From Candidatus Thalassarchaeum betae (lineage in GTDB: Archaea; Thermoplasmatota; Poseidoniia; Poseidoniales; Thalassarchaeaceae): DNA of 47,040 nt. Made by a program: the position numbers and the translations under genes. A model generated the notes under the pieces. It saw only the letters and a program-made list of their open reading frames with translations, ran no database searches and was not told the DNA's origin. Shown here one piece after another: positions 21,078 to 31,077 of this stretch; positions within the stretch are counted from its first letter, which is position 1; the number at the start of each line of letters is the position of its first letter. Where the stretch lies: contig PSPG01000013.1 of assembly GCA_003193925.1 (NCBI GenBank), forward strand, positions 1 to 47,040. The letters run 5' to 3'.

Positions 21078-23093
21078 ATGACGCGTAGGCACGGGCCCAA
21101 TGCCTTCGCTCTGGTGGCTCTGATGCTGGCCATGAGCATGTCCCCGATGGCGGTGGTCGCGCAGGACGATGTGACGTGCTGCAACTCCACCGAGTTCAGG
21201 CTCTACCTGCTGGGCGAGGCTGACGTTGGGACACTCACGCCATTCGACGGCGACTTGGAGGAAGACGAGGACGATTCCGAGTCGACCTTGGTCACCCCCT
21301 CCATCTTCGGCGAGATAAATATCGGTACTTGGGGCGTGGTCTGGGGCATCGAGGGCAGCTACCCCAACGCCAGCTGGGACTTTCGCATCCCCTACGAGGT
21401 CGAGGGTGCTGTCGGGGTTACCATCAACTCCACCCTCGAGGTCAAGATCGGTGGCTCGTTCTACGAGGGAAATTCCGGTATTGACCCGTATCTGACGGGT
21501 TCGGGCGAGTTGCAGATTACCGTGGATGTCGAGCAGGGAGATGTCCGAGACGGTGATCTGGTTGAGCTCACTCTGAGTGTGCAGAGCCTGATGTTCGCGC
21601 AGCCAGGGGATGATGCCGGAATCAGGTTCCTCTGGGGCTCGGAGGAGCACGATGCCCACGTCTCGATGAGATTTCCGTTGGTTGACATCGAGATGAAGGA
21701 CGCCAGCGTCCTCGGACGACTCGTCTACTTCCCGATCGTTCTCACATCGGGCTTCGACGACCGAATGTGGTCCGGTTCCACTGGGGGTATCGCGGTGCAG
21801 AACGCCGAGGTCAGCCAGATGCCGATAGCCACTGGACTGGAGGATGGGGTCGAGGTGACCTTCGTATGGGAGGTGCCTGAGACCTCGGAAGGCGGCAACG
21901 TCCGTGTCGACTTCCATCTCATACCCCAGAGCGGACTGAGTATCGATACCAGTCGCACCCATGACATCACCATCGGTGAGGACACCGGAAACACAGGAGG
22001 CTGGTACCCCGCGAACGAGCCCCTGCGGACTGGCGGCTCCTCATTGAACCTCGATATCGATGCTAAGTGGGACGGCTACAAGACAGACCGCGAGGTCATA
22101 ATCAGCTTCGATGGGGCGATGTCCCAGTGGATGCGCTGGGGACTGGACAACATCGGCAACCAGAGCCTCAGTTCGAGCAGTTGGTGGCGCAACCTGAACT
22201 CGTACTCTGACTCGGTCCCAACTGCGGACAAGCACAATGGACGCGTCGATGATTCAGAGTTGCTCGCGCTGCAGGGCCACCTGACCGGTTCCGCAGCGAA
22301 CATGCGCTCATTCCTGTCCAATGGCCTCTCACTCGAGGTCGAGGCGATTGTAGGAGTCAATCCGATCGACCTCGGGCCCACTGAGATTACCATCGACATG
22401 GGCGGCACCAGGGCCTTCAGCGCTGATGCCATCACCATCGTCATCGACACTTCTTACAGCACCAGTAGCGGTGAGAGGCAGGTACTGGTCGAGACCTTCG
22501 TGCGCTCCTCGCTCGAGGAGTACTGGACCGAGGTCGATCTAGATGCGGAGATCAGGGCCACCATGCTAGAGGACCTAGGTGCCGTCTCTGCCGACGAGAT
22601 TGAGTATTCTCACCGGCGGTGGTTAATTCTCGAGGTGATTACCATCGATCAGCCGGACCTAGATCCTGATTTAGATTTCAGACTGGAGTTTCAACCCTCT
22701 GGTAACACCATGTACAGTTCTCTGTTCGGTGCGATGTTTTGTGTCTTGATACTCTCTGCCGCCATCGGACTGGGTATGTCCCTGACGAAGAAGAGGGCGA
22801 GTGTGCCCGCCTTGGTCACGGTGGTCTCCCTAGGTGCTTTGGCTCTGGTGATCTACGTGCTCGGGATGCCGATGCCGATAGTTCTCGGAGTAGTGTTATC
22901 TTCCATGCTGTTGGTATTCCCCGTTGCCTTGGTATCCCCAAAACAGGAGACCATGCAGAGAATCAGCGAGCGTAAAGGCGGCCCGCACATAGATTGCCCG
23001 GCCTGCGGCACCTCTGTGCCCGTGGATTCTGACGTACGCCCCCTGAGACTGGAGTGCCCTAACTGCAAGAGCATGCTCAGGGTCGAAGAGTAA
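21078..23093 (+). CDS. Conserved hypothetical membrane protein: large acidic ectodomain, 3 TM helices, C-terminal zinc ribbon
   Basis: Signal peptide (ALVALMLAMSMSPMAVVA); three hydrophobic helices near the C-terminus; CPACG...CPNCK. Confidence 0.8.
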   Translation: MTRRHGPNAFALVALMLAMSMSPMAVVAQDDVTCCNSTEFRLYLLGEADVGTLTPFDGDLEEDEDDSESTLVTPSIFGEINIGTWGVVWGIEGSYPNASWDFRIPYEVEGAVGVTINSTLEVKIGGSFYEGNSGIDPYLTGSGELQITVDVEQGDVRDGDLVELTLSVQSLMFAQPGDDAGIRFLWGSEEHDAHVSMRFPLVDIEMKDASVLGRLVYFPIVLTSGFDDRMWSGSTGGIAVQNAEVSQMPIATGLEDGVEVTFVWEVPETSEGGNVRVDFHLIPQSGLSIDTSRTHDITIGEDTGNTGGWYPANEPLRTGGSSLNLDIDAKWDGYKTDREVIISFDGAMSQWMRWGLDNIGNQSLSSSSWWRNLNSYSDSVPTADKHNGRVDDSELLALQGHLTGSAANMRSFLSNGLSLEVEAIVGVNPIDLGPTEITIDMGGTRAFSADAITIVIDTSYSTSSGERQVLVETFVRSSLEEYWTEVDLDAEIRATMLEDLGAVSADEIEYSHRRWLILEVITIDQPDLDPDLDFRLEFQPSGNTMYSSLFGAMFCVLILSAAIGLGMSLTKKRASVPALVTVVSLGALALVIYVLGMPMPIVLGVVLSSMLLVFPVALVSPKQETMQRISERKGGPHIDCPACGTSVPVDSDVRPLRLECPNCKSMLRVEE

Positions 23094-23951
23094 TCATTTC
23101 TGCCCATCCCTGAGAAGTGAGTCAACTAGCTTCCCCGCTGCTACTGGAGCCGGATTCTCCTTCCACAGCCCTGCGGCGGATGAGACCTGCCCCGCCAGAT
23201 CGGTGGACCAGCCGGGCCCAAGCACGCAGTGCCAGCCGATCTCCTCCAGTCTGGCAGTGGAGGGGGTAGAGCGTGCGAGGCCGGGACGCATCAGATGAGA
23301 GAGGGCGCGTGCCCGGCCCTCGAGATCCAATGTGGCCCAGCGTGAGGCGATCGCGTCCAGCGCGGTTGGGTCTATCCACGAATTGGCGCTGACGTTCGGC
23401 TCGGGCACCTCGGGCAGGGGGACGACGCGAATCGAGCCTTCCTTCACCAGAGCGTCACGCAGGGCCGTAAAAACCGGGTCGTAGGTGGTATCCAGAGCAG
23501 AGTGGAGCCAATTGCCAGAGATCGCCCAAGGTCTGAGCCGTCGCACTCTCGCGCCTCCCGGACAGATCGCCTGAGCCAGGGCATGAGCCTGGGCCACTGC
23601 GGTGAGCGGTCCCTTCCGAGCATCGCCCTGATGTCCCGTCAGGCCATCGACCACGACGCCGGACAGAGTGAGTTGAGGAGGCCCGGAAGCAAGGCGGGGA
23701 CCGCTCTCCTCAGCCGGTCCGAGAATATGCACCCATGCCCCCTCGGAAGGGGCCTCCAGTCTGAAGCGGCGCCGGTACGGGAGTCCGGCGTCGACCAACG
23801 CCGCCTCGATTGGGGCGATGGCCAGAGCACCCGGAAGGGATGGTGCTGCGAGCAGGAGTATCGTCTCGGTGCAACTACGCAACTCGTCGGCGGCCTGTGA
23901 GAGAACTCCGGCGACGGGGGTGAGCAGTTCGGTCTCGAGGAGAGCGCGCAT
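23094..23951 (-). CDS. Degenerate DHH-family (RecJ-like) protein
   Basis: Directly downstream of rps15, the usual euryarchaeal position of a DHH gene. The N-terminal pattern ILLLAAPSLPGALAIA..ALVDAGLPYRRRF resembles the DHH N-domain but lacks DxDG/DHH. Family call is inferred. Confidence 0.55.
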   Translation of the reverse strand: MRALLETELLTPVAGVLSQAADELRSCTETILLLAAPSLPGALAIAPIEAALVDAGLPYRRRFRLEAPSEGAWVHILGPAEESGPRLASGPPQLTLSGVVVDGLTGHQGDARKGPLTAVAQAHALAQAICPGGARVRRLRPWAISGNWLHSALDTTYDPVFTALRDALVKEGSIRVVPLPEVPEPNVSANSWIDPTALDAIASRWATLDLEGRARALSHLMRPGLARSTPSTARLEEIGWHCVLGPGWSTDLAGQVSSAAGLWKENPAPVAAGKLVDSLLRDGQK

Positions 23952-23994
23952 TGGGGGGGCTGTGGGGCCGGGGTTCAAATTCCCTGCGCAGGAA

Positions 23995-24450
23995 TCACTC
24001 GACCATCAGTCGCAACTGATCGCGCTTGTAGGCCCAACTCTCATCGAGTTGACCGGTGCTCTTGTAGTACCTAGCGAGGCGGCGGATCTTCGACTCGCAG
24101 AGCTCGAGTTGGCGGCGGTTGTGTAGGTCCTTACGGTTGCCGGTGAGGTGGTCCATGAGACCCAAAGCCCTGCGCATGAGGTTCATCATGTCCTCAGGGT
24201 ACCTCGGTGAGATGCCGTTGCGGGCCAGAGTCTGGGAGATTCGCTCGCCCATGACCAAGCGGACATCGGGTACTGCGTGCTGGTCACGCAGGAGGGTTCC
24301 GATTACAGAGGTCGAATGCCCTTCCTGTGCCAAGCTGACGATTAGGTCCTCTACTTCCTTCTTGTCCGTGGCTGACCATGCTGGGGCCTCGCTCACGCTG
24401 GGCTTGCTGGATCCGCTGCGACCCTTTCCACCGCTGTGCATTCGTGCCAT
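23995..24450 (-). CDS. rps15: 30S ribosomal protein uS15 (S15P/S13e)
   Basis: MARMHSGGKGRSGSSKP, IGTLLRDQH, PEDM, ESKIRRLARYYK; GGTGGTG RBS upstream. Confidence 0.98.
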   Translation of the reverse strand: MARMHSGGKGRSGSSKPSVSEAPAWSATDKKEVEDLIVSLAQEGHSTSVIGTLLRDQHAVPDVRLVMGERISQTLARNGISPRYPEDMMNLMRRALGLMDHLTGNRKDLHNRRQLELCESKIRRLARYYKSTGQLDESWAYKRDQLRLMVE

Positions 24451-24505
24451 TCACACCACCTAGGCGTCCGGCCGACCTGCTCTCCCTCTTTAATCGCTAC
24501 GCAAA

Positions 24506-24520
24506 CCACCCGAAGGGTGG
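24506..24520 (-). terminator. Short hairpin just after the arcS stop
   Basis: CCACCC-GAA-GGGTGG perfect 6-bp inverted repeat followed by TTT on the minus strand. Confidence 0.3.
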
Positions 24521-24522
24521 GC

Positions 24523-26307
24523 TCACAACCGGTGATGTGCTCGTGCCAGTCTACCCGGGCCATTAGGCCACTCCCACCCGGGTGCTTCGGCACGCGCTGA
24601 TCCGACCAGCCCACCGTCTTGCATCACCAGAACCTCGTCGCCTGCCCTGATCCCCGCCTCGGCGCTCTCGACGTTCGTGGCGAACAAGTCGCCGCGCCAC
24701 TCCACTCCGGTTCTGAGGAGCACTCTCGGCAGCGCATCGCAGGCGTCCAGCAGTGGCAGGCAGGACTTCGAGAAGGCGAAGCGCCCTGTGCGTGGGTTCC
24801 ATTGGGCTATCTGCACTCCTTCCCTCTTGATGGTGAATATCGGCGGGCGGCCTTGGATTGATGCGCCTTCGAGCCAAGTGTCGGTGCCGTGTTGGAACCG
24901 CGACAGCGCTCGCAGCTGGGCCAGTCTGTGCCGGCCCTTCTTGAGATTGGGCAGCCTCAGATCCTCGGCGGCGCGATTGACTTCGGATGTCAAGCGCTCC
25001 AGAGCCTCCTCTGAGCCGGCGGAGTCGTCGCCTCGAGTATCGACGACCTCGAGGGCTTTGACCTCGATTTCGACTCCGGAGTGGTTGATAATTAGCGAGT
25101 ACCCAACCCTCGACGCCAGACGCGCAACCATGTCATGGATAACGGCGAGCTCGTCGGAGTCCCAATCGCCGGTCACGGGTATGTCGTAGTTCGCCGCGGG
25201 CCATATCTCCTCCAATTCCCTCGGCACCAGCCCCAGCGGGGCTGTGACCATCACCTGATGGGCCCCATTGGACTGTATGGCCCTGCGGAACCTCCTGTGA
25301 CTCTGGGACACCCTGTACGGCTTGGTGGCCGAGCAGGGCAGCAGGACAAGAACCTCGCGCTGGTGCTCCGGGGGCTCGTGCTCGTCCGCGACCCTGTTCC
25401 GCCAATCGTGTATGAGAGCGTCTTCGCGGCTCGTGTAGGTGTGGCACCTGAGCGTGCGCTCACTACCCACGACTCTTGCCAGACCGGCGCGCCAACCCTC
25501 GTGCTCGCGCATCTTGGCGTCGTGCTGGCGCAGTCGCTCGACCGAACGAGGGCTCGAAGTGCTCTGACGCTCGGCGAGCTCGCGCAGCGAACCGTTTCTG
25601 ATTGCTGTCCTGGTGGCTGCGATAGCACGCGACCAAGCCGCGCATTGGGCATCCATATCCGCGGTCTCGCCGATTGTCTCCTCAACGTCTCTAGGACCGT
25701 CCTCCGAGAGCAGCACACCGAGCGACGATGCGTGCCTCGATCGGGCCATGTCGAACAGATCGACCCCCATCCAAGCGAGCAGAGCGCAGTTGTCGGGACC
25801 GGCGATGCCGGGAGTCCAGAGCAGCGAGGTCGGGAATCGCACCCTCAAGGCATCGAGGGCATCGACGAGCATCCCCGGCCGCTTGGCCAACTGCGGTGCG
25901 TCTACCAAGACCACCACCGATGGCTCGAGATCGGCGTCGTTGAGGCTCCGATCGTGGTGCATCGCCTGCCATGAGACGGGAAGCAACTGCGCACCGCTCG
26001 CGAACTCGCCCGAATCAGACTCGGCGAGGCTAGGAGGAAGGACCAGCCCCTCGGTGGCCTCCCAGATGTCCTCGCAGTCGAACGGATAGCAGAGATTGGC
26101 ACGTGTAGAGAGCGTGATTCTCGCGGGGGGGGATCCTCCTTCCCTGAGGCTTGCGAACGGGGCGAGGGCGGGCGGCAGTTCGGGGTCCTGAGGGCCCAAT
26201 ACCAGCCCGGGAGTCCATGCCACAGGCTGATACCTGTCCCCGAGCGACATCAGCCTGCCGAATCGGTGGCGTGCAGCCACACCACGGGCCAGCGGTCGCT
26301 CGGACAT
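24523..26307 (-). CDS. arcS: Archaeosine synthase subunit alpha (TGT-like + DUF5591 + PUA)
   Basis: LAWMGVDLFD, VLLPCSATKPYRVSQSH, PLGLVPRELE..WPAANYDIPVTGDW, C-terminal PUA (IRAGDEVLV). Confidence 0.88.
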   Translation of the reverse strand: MSERPLARGVAARHRFGRLMSLGDRYQPVAWTPGLVLGPQDPELPPALAPFASLREGGSPPARITLSTRANLCYPFDCEDIWEATEGLVLPPSLAESDSGEFASGAQLLPVSWQAMHHDRSLNDADLEPSVVVLVDAPQLAKRPGMLVDALDALRVRFPTSLLWTPGIAGPDNCALLAWMGVDLFDMARSRHASSLGVLLSEDGPRDVEETIGETADMDAQCAAWSRAIAATRTAIRNGSLRELAERQSTSSPRSVERLRQHDAKMREHEGWRAGLARVVGSERTLRCHTYTSREDALIHDWRNRVADEHEPPEHQREVLVLLPCSATKPYRVSQSHRRFRRAIQSNGAHQVMVTAPLGLVPRELEEIWPAANYDIPVTGDWDSDELAVIHDMVARLASRVGYSLIINHSGVEIEVKALEVVDTRGDDSAGSEEALERLTSEVNRAAEDLRLPNLKKGRHRLAQLRALSRFQHGTDTWLEGASIQGRPPIFTIKREGVQIAQWNPRTGRFAFSKSCLPLLDACDALPRVLLRTGVEWRGDLFATNVESAEAGIRAGDEVLVMQDGGLVGSARAEAPGWEWPNGPGRLARAHHRL

Positions 26308-26369
26308 GGCGCATCGCACTGACGCGGTTCGCTTGAAGGATTCTAAGGTGGAGCCGGGTCGGCGGGTAC

Positions 26370-28520
26370 GTGCAAGGCGCGCGGGCGTGGCTCTTAGCAG
26401 CGGTTCTGGTGCTCTCTGCGTTCAGCATCAGCGCCATGGCGCAGGATGACGACCGAGTAACCCTGCAGGATGAGGAGTTCAGCACCAACGGGCCAGTGTG
26501 GATCGGCGTGACGTGTACCGAACTGAGTTGCCCGGGCATGGAACTTGTCGTCACCGTTGACGGCAATGAGACTAGCCATTCGGACTCGCATCACGTCCAA
26601 TGGTCGGGCTGGGTCGACGACATCGTCTCCTGGAAGTTGCTGGCCGACTCTGGCACGGATGTGGCCCACCTCGACCTCGACGTGGTAATGAGTTGGCAGG
26701 AGGACTGGACCGAGCACGACGATCTTCCGAACATCGTACCCCCTCCGGGTGCGCAGGGAGACTATCCTCAGATCAACACTGCCTCGCCGTGCCAGTTGCA
26801 CAACTGTGCCGCGATCGACCTGTTGTCAGAGGGCGTGCTCTATGTCGGCGCGCTAGAGAACCTGAGCGACAAGGACGCATTGCACATCGTCGGGGACGCA
26901 GGGGACGTGATGCTGCTCAACCGCCTGAGGAGTCCGGATGAGATGAACGTGGAGATCTGGCAGAGGAGCGAGGATTCCAAGACCCTTCTCGACAGCATCT
27001 CCTCCGACGAGCTAGATTCGCATTACTTCGACTATCCCGCCGACGGGGAGCTCTGGCTCCGGATGGTTCACGCCACTGTGGCTGACTACTCGCCCTACGA
27101 GTTCGAAGTCATCCGCTATGACGATGACACAGAGGCGCCCGGAGGCGGCGAATTGGGTAACCCGTGGACTCACGGTGATGCTCTTCCCTTCGGCGGCTAT
27201 TCCTCACCCGTTTACTACGGGCACATAGCCGGGGGGGACAGCGAGGGCGACTCTCTGCTCATCGAAGCCGGGCCCAAAATGCACATCGAGCCGCATTGCA
27301 TGTTCACGGGCGGCCAAGGGGCCGTGAATCTGGACATCGTGATGCATGAGCACGATGGTTCGACAGTCGTCGTTACTCAGAACGCATATTCATGTCCCGA
27401 TTCGATTCAGACCACTGAGCAGACGGACACAATCGAGTTTCGAATGACCTCCGGGGGGACGGTGGCCTGGGGCATTCGCATGGAAACCGAGGATCCCGGC
27501 GATGGCTGGCTAGTCGGGGATGCCCCGGATCATTTGTGGGGGGTCGGGGGGTTGGACGACAGATGGCAAACCATCATGCCCGGCCCGTTCAACTTCCGCG
27601 GAACTCTGGGGCCGGATGACGCAATAGACGTATTCGCAATCAGCATCACAGAGGAAAACGGTTCGTACGTTCGGGTGAACAAGATTGGGGAATCAGCAGC
27701 AGTCTACCGATTGCTCGCCTTGAACCAGGAAACCGGCGACGTCGTGAATTTCACGAATGGCTCGATGATGATAGTGCCCCCTGGGACTCACGCCTTGGTG
27801 GTTGAGATGACAGGTGGGGACCAGACTGTGGAGTATCATTTCTCTCTACCTTGGATGGGACCTTACGAACCAGCTGAGGAGGAGTTTCAGGACCTGTCAT
27901 ACCGCGCGAAGGACTTCTACATCTTTGCAGGGGTCTTCCTGCTCTCGCCTTTGTTGCTGGTAATCTGGTGGAACAGAGGAGCGATTTTCGGTGGCGCGCC
28001 CCTCGCCTCGGATATCGAGGAACACGAACGCCGCAAGCTGCGTCGCCTGCGCGAGAGGCTTGCCGAGGCTCTGGCCGAGGAGACGATCGACGAGGGCGAG
28101 GTCGAATACGCCCTCCGGCAACTGGGAGACAGCCCGTGGAGGTTTGTCGTGCAGGACTGGGGCGAGCCGCTACTGCGTCATATGACCGAGCAAGTCGAGA
28201 TCTGCGTCTGGCGAATAAGTGAGGGTGATGCAACACTGCTCTTGGGAATACGAGTGGCCGACGAGCCTTGGGAACTCGCCGCAATGAGGGTCCACGCACC
28301 AGAGGGGTCCAAGGTCGGAATAGCCGCAGTCTCCCCGAGCCACCTCTTCCGGGGGGACGAGATATTCCTCGACACGATGCCGGCTGGCAGCAGCATGTTC
28401 CTCAGCCTGACTCTGGAAGGGAGCCCGTCCAGCCTCGGCTTCCAACTCTCCGGACTCGTGGACGGCCAGCCACTGGCAGCCGTTCCCAACAGGGCTTTGG
28501 ACTGGGACAAGTCCGGATGA
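26370..28520 (+). CDS. Single-pass membrane protein with PPC-like ectodomain repeats and a ~180-aa cytoplasmic domain
   Basis: Signal peptide; three PPC-like strand motifs (GALENLSDKDAL, GHIAGGDSEGDSL, GTLGPDDAIDVF); TM FYIFAGVFLLSPLLLVIWW. Confidence 0.75.
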   Translation: MQGARAWLLAAVLVLSAFSISAMAQDDDRVTLQDEEFSTNGPVWIGVTCTELSCPGMELVVTVDGNETSHSDSHHVQWSGWVDDIVSWKLLADSGTDVAHLDLDVVMSWQEDWTEHDDLPNIVPPPGAQGDYPQINTASPCQLHNCAAIDLLSEGVLYVGALENLSDKDALHIVGDAGDVMLLNRLRSPDEMNVEIWQRSEDSKTLLDSISSDELDSHYFDYPADGELWLRMVHATVADYSPYEFEVIRYDDDTEAPGGGELGNPWTHGDALPFGGYSSPVYYGHIAGGDSEGDSLLIEAGPKMHIEPHCMFTGGQGAVNLDIVMHEHDGSTVVVTQNAYSCPDSIQTTEQTDTIEFRMTSGGTVAWGIRMETEDPGDGWLVGDAPDHLWGVGGLDDRWQTIMPGPFNFRGTLGPDDAIDVFAISITEENGSYVRVNKIGESAAVYRLLALNQETGDVVNFTNGSMMIVPPGTHALVVEMTGGDQTVEYHFSLPWMGPYEPAEEEFQDLSYRAKDFYIFAGVFLLSPLLLVIWWNRGAIFGGAPLASDIEEHERRKLRRLRERLAEALAEETIDEGEVEYALRQLGDSPWRFVVQDWGEPLLRHMTEQVEICVWRISEGDATLLLGIRVADEPWELAAMRVHAPEGSKVGIAAVSPSHLFRGDEIFLDTMPAGSSMFLSLTLEGSPSSLGFQLSGLVDGQPLAAVPNRALDWDKSG

Positions 28521-29690
28521 TCAGCCTCTGCGACGGCCTATGGCCTCGTCTCGAATCCGGTCCTGCAGTGAGTCCATGTCGGTGCCTATCTGGTCGCGCA
28601 TGCCCTCTAGGCTCTTCCTGAGCCCTCGTGGCACCCTGCCGGGCATGTCCAACTTGAGCAGGACGGTGACCGAGCCCCTGCCGCGGCGGCCTCGGGCTCC
28701 GGGTAAGCCGCGGTCCGCTATCGTCAGCGTCTCACCAGGCTTCGAGCCTGCTGGGACCTTGATGGACAGCGACTTCCCATCGATATGAGGAATCTCGATC
28801 TCGGTCCCGAGGACTAGGTCCACATATCCGAGAGGCAGAGCCATGAGCAGGTCTGGCCCGTCCCTCTCGAACCACGGGTGCGACTTGACTTCGATTTGTA
28901 TGTAGAGGTCACCGGAATTGCCCCTGTTGCCCTTCGGCGCCTCGCCATGCCCCCTCATCCTGAGTCTGGTGCCGCTGGAGATGCCTGCCGGAACCATGAA
29001 CCTGATCTGCTTGGCCTGGCTGGCTCTGCCATGCCCTCTGCAGCCAGAGCACGGGTCCTGTACTATCCTGCCCTCGCCCCTGCAGGTCGGGCAGTCCGAT
29101 ACGACTTGCTTGGTGAACGGGCCGGCCCTCTCGATCCTCTGCAACCTGCCTCTGCCATCGCAGGTGGGGCACTCCCGAACTCCATCTGGACTCTCTGAGC
29201 CCGTGCCGTCGCACTTTGCGCAGACCTTCAGCACGTCGATCTCGATCTCGTCCTCAAGACCCGCCATTGCGGCTTGAAAGGGGACCTCGTGGTGCACTAG
29301 GAGGTCTTGGCCGCGATTTCTTCGAGTGCCTCTGGTTCCGCTGAAGAGTTGGCTGAAGATGCTCTCGAAGCCACCACCGAAGAGGTCGTCGATGCTGATG
29401 TTGATGCCTTGGAAGCCGCCGGGGCCGAACGGTGACCCACCCGGCTGTTCGTGGCCGAACATGTCGTACTTCCTGCGCTCATCCGGGTCGGAGAGAACTG
29501 CATACGCCTCCTGGACCTCCTTGAACCGCTTCTCGGAATCGGTGTCGTCGGGGTTCTTGTCGGGGTGGTGCTGCCTCGCGAGAGACCTGAATGCCCTCTT
29601 GACCTCGGTGTCAGTGGCGTCTTTGGATAGTCCGAGGACTTCATAGTAATCGCGCTTACCGGACACGTCACCCACTTGTCGCCGGCTCAT
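28521..29690 (-). CDS. dnaJ: Chaperone DnaJ (type I)
   Basis: J-domain with HPD, G/F region, four CxxCxGxG repeats, GDLY C-terminal domain. Confidence 0.97.
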   Translation of the reverse strand: MSRRQVGDVSGKRDYYEVLGLSKDATDTEVKRAFRSLARQHHPDKNPDDTDSEKRFKEVQEAYAVLSDPDERRKYDMFGHEQPGGSPFGPGGFQGINISIDDLFGGGFESIFSQLFSGTRGTRRNRGQDLLVHHEVPFQAAMAGLEDEIEIDVLKVCAKCDGTGSESPDGVRECPTCDGRGRLQRIERAGPFTKQVVSDCPTCRGEGRIVQDPCSGCRGHGRASQAKQIRFMVPAGISSGTRLRMRGHGEAPKGNRGNSGDLYIQIEVKSHPWFERDGPDLLMALPLGYVDLVLGTEIEIPHIDGKSLSIKVPAGSKPGETLTIADRGLPGARGRRGRGSVTVLLKLDMPGRVPRGLRKSLEGMRDQIGTDMDSLQDRIRDEAIGRRRG

Positions 29691-29717
29691 GGCCGACCGT
29701 TTTCAACCCCTCCCCGC

Positions 29718-30491
29718 TCAAGAGAGGAAGTCGCCGCATGAGGTGCAGTACGGCGTCCCCGAGTTGTTCAGGGCCCCACAGGAGCCGCAGGAGGCGACAG
29801 AGCGGGCCAAAGACGAGGCGGACGGGGCCGACCACTGAGTGTCAGAGTCGCTTCTCCCGGAGGTCTTCTTGGCTGCCGCCTTTGCTGCTGCCTTGGCAGA
29901 ACGCTTCTCCAAGCGGTGCTGGGCGGATGCGTCCAATCTGCTGTTGATGGAACTGGCCGTTCTGGAGAGGATACCGGTTTCCTTGGGCTTGGCGATGACC
30001 TGCTCATCCACCATCGTGCCCATCCCCGTGACCTGAGTCCTGACCTCCACCTCGGGATCGTCGTCGGGGATCTCCTCCTCGGAGCGCTCGGTGTTCAGGG
30101 CGCCGACGGTTCCAGACTTGAGCGCCTGGGATTCCAACGCCGCCCGCCCGGTCTGCGGCTCGCTGGCCTTCGCCTCGAGACGCTCAATCGCCGCCTCGCC
30201 CTTCTCCCAGAGGCCCCTGTCCTCCTTAGAGTAAGTCTTCGAGAGCTTGCGTATAGCCCTGGAACGGTGAAACTCGTGATCCTTGACCTTTCGGTATCTC
30301 ATGAACATCACAACCCCGATCAGTAGGGCGGCGGAGTGTATCGAGTACCTCAGTGTGTCATCCTGCGAGATGACCTCCTCGAGAGCTGCCGAGCCATAGC
30401 GCAGCGCGACCACGCACATCGTCGGGGCGATGAGGAGTGCTGCGCCGAGCATCGGTGAGCGCTGAGCCATGGAATCGGTCCATTCACCCAT
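29718..30491 (-). CDS. Hypothetical protein with two N-terminal TM helices and a C-terminal zinc ribbon
   Basis: Two hydrophobic helices; CGSCG...YCTSCG at the C-terminus. Start is 30491 or 30470. Confidence 0.72.
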   Translation of the reverse strand: MGEWTDSMAQRSPMLGAALLIAPTMCVVALRYGSAALEEVISQDDTLRYSIHSAALLIGVVMFMRYRKVKDHEFHRSRAIRKLSKTYSKEDRGLWEKGEAAIERLEAKASEPQTGRAALESQALKSGTVGALNTERSEEEIPDDDPEVEVRTQVTGMGTMVDEQVIAKPKETGILSRTASSINSRLDASAQHRLEKRSAKAAAKAAAKKTSGRSDSDTQWSAPSASSLARSVASCGSCGALNNSGTPYCTSCGDFLS

Positions 30492-30564
30492 CGTTTGAAT
30501 CATTCGCGCTCGTGGGAGTGCGCTCGGGCAGAGAACTCATGACCGACCACCTGCACGAGAGGGT

Positions 30565-31077
30565 ATGGCACCGATGGTCAGCGTGTCCACCGTCGTGCAA
30601 CCGCATGAGGACCCGCAGATGGTCGTAGAGTCAGTCAAGGCCATTTTCCCCGATTGGGTGCCTGATCGCGTACCCGAGAACGCGCCATTCCCCAATGAGA
30701 GGGAGGGCGTCCTGATTACCGGTTCCTCTGAATCGCTGGACACGCTGCTGGAGGCTGCGAGGAGTCAGAGAATCCTCGATACCGCCCTCGATGCTATGAC
30801 GCTGGAGCTAGAGATCGACTCGACGGGATTCTCCCTTTCGAGACAGGCTGCTCTGGCGGGGAAGGCCTCCTTCGTCATCGATGAGAGGCCGATTGGCGGT
30901 GAGATGCGCATCGGCCTGACCGGAGAGGGGCTGGCGGTCTGGCTCGAGCAGCAGACCTGGCACGCCGGTCGCAACTCGGTCCCACGCAGCGTCGGAGACG
31001 AATTGGCGATGTCCGAGGATGGCGAGCCCGTAGAGTGGTTCGACCGCATGGGCAACCGCACAATCGGCGGGGACTAG
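30565..31077 (+). CDS. UPF0201/DUF54-family putative RNA-binding protein
   Basis: VQPHEDPQMVVESVKAIFP, RSQRILDTA and LSRQAA..GKASF match the family pattern as recalled. Confidence 0.7.
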   Translation: MAPMVSVSTVVQPHEDPQMVVESVKAIFPDWVPDRVPENAPFPNEREGVLITGSSESLDTLLEAARSQRILDTALDAMTLELEIDSTGFSLSRQAALAGKASFVIDERPIGGEMRIGLTGEGLAVWLEQQTWHAGRNSVPRSVGDELAMSEDGEPVEWFDRMGNRTIGGD

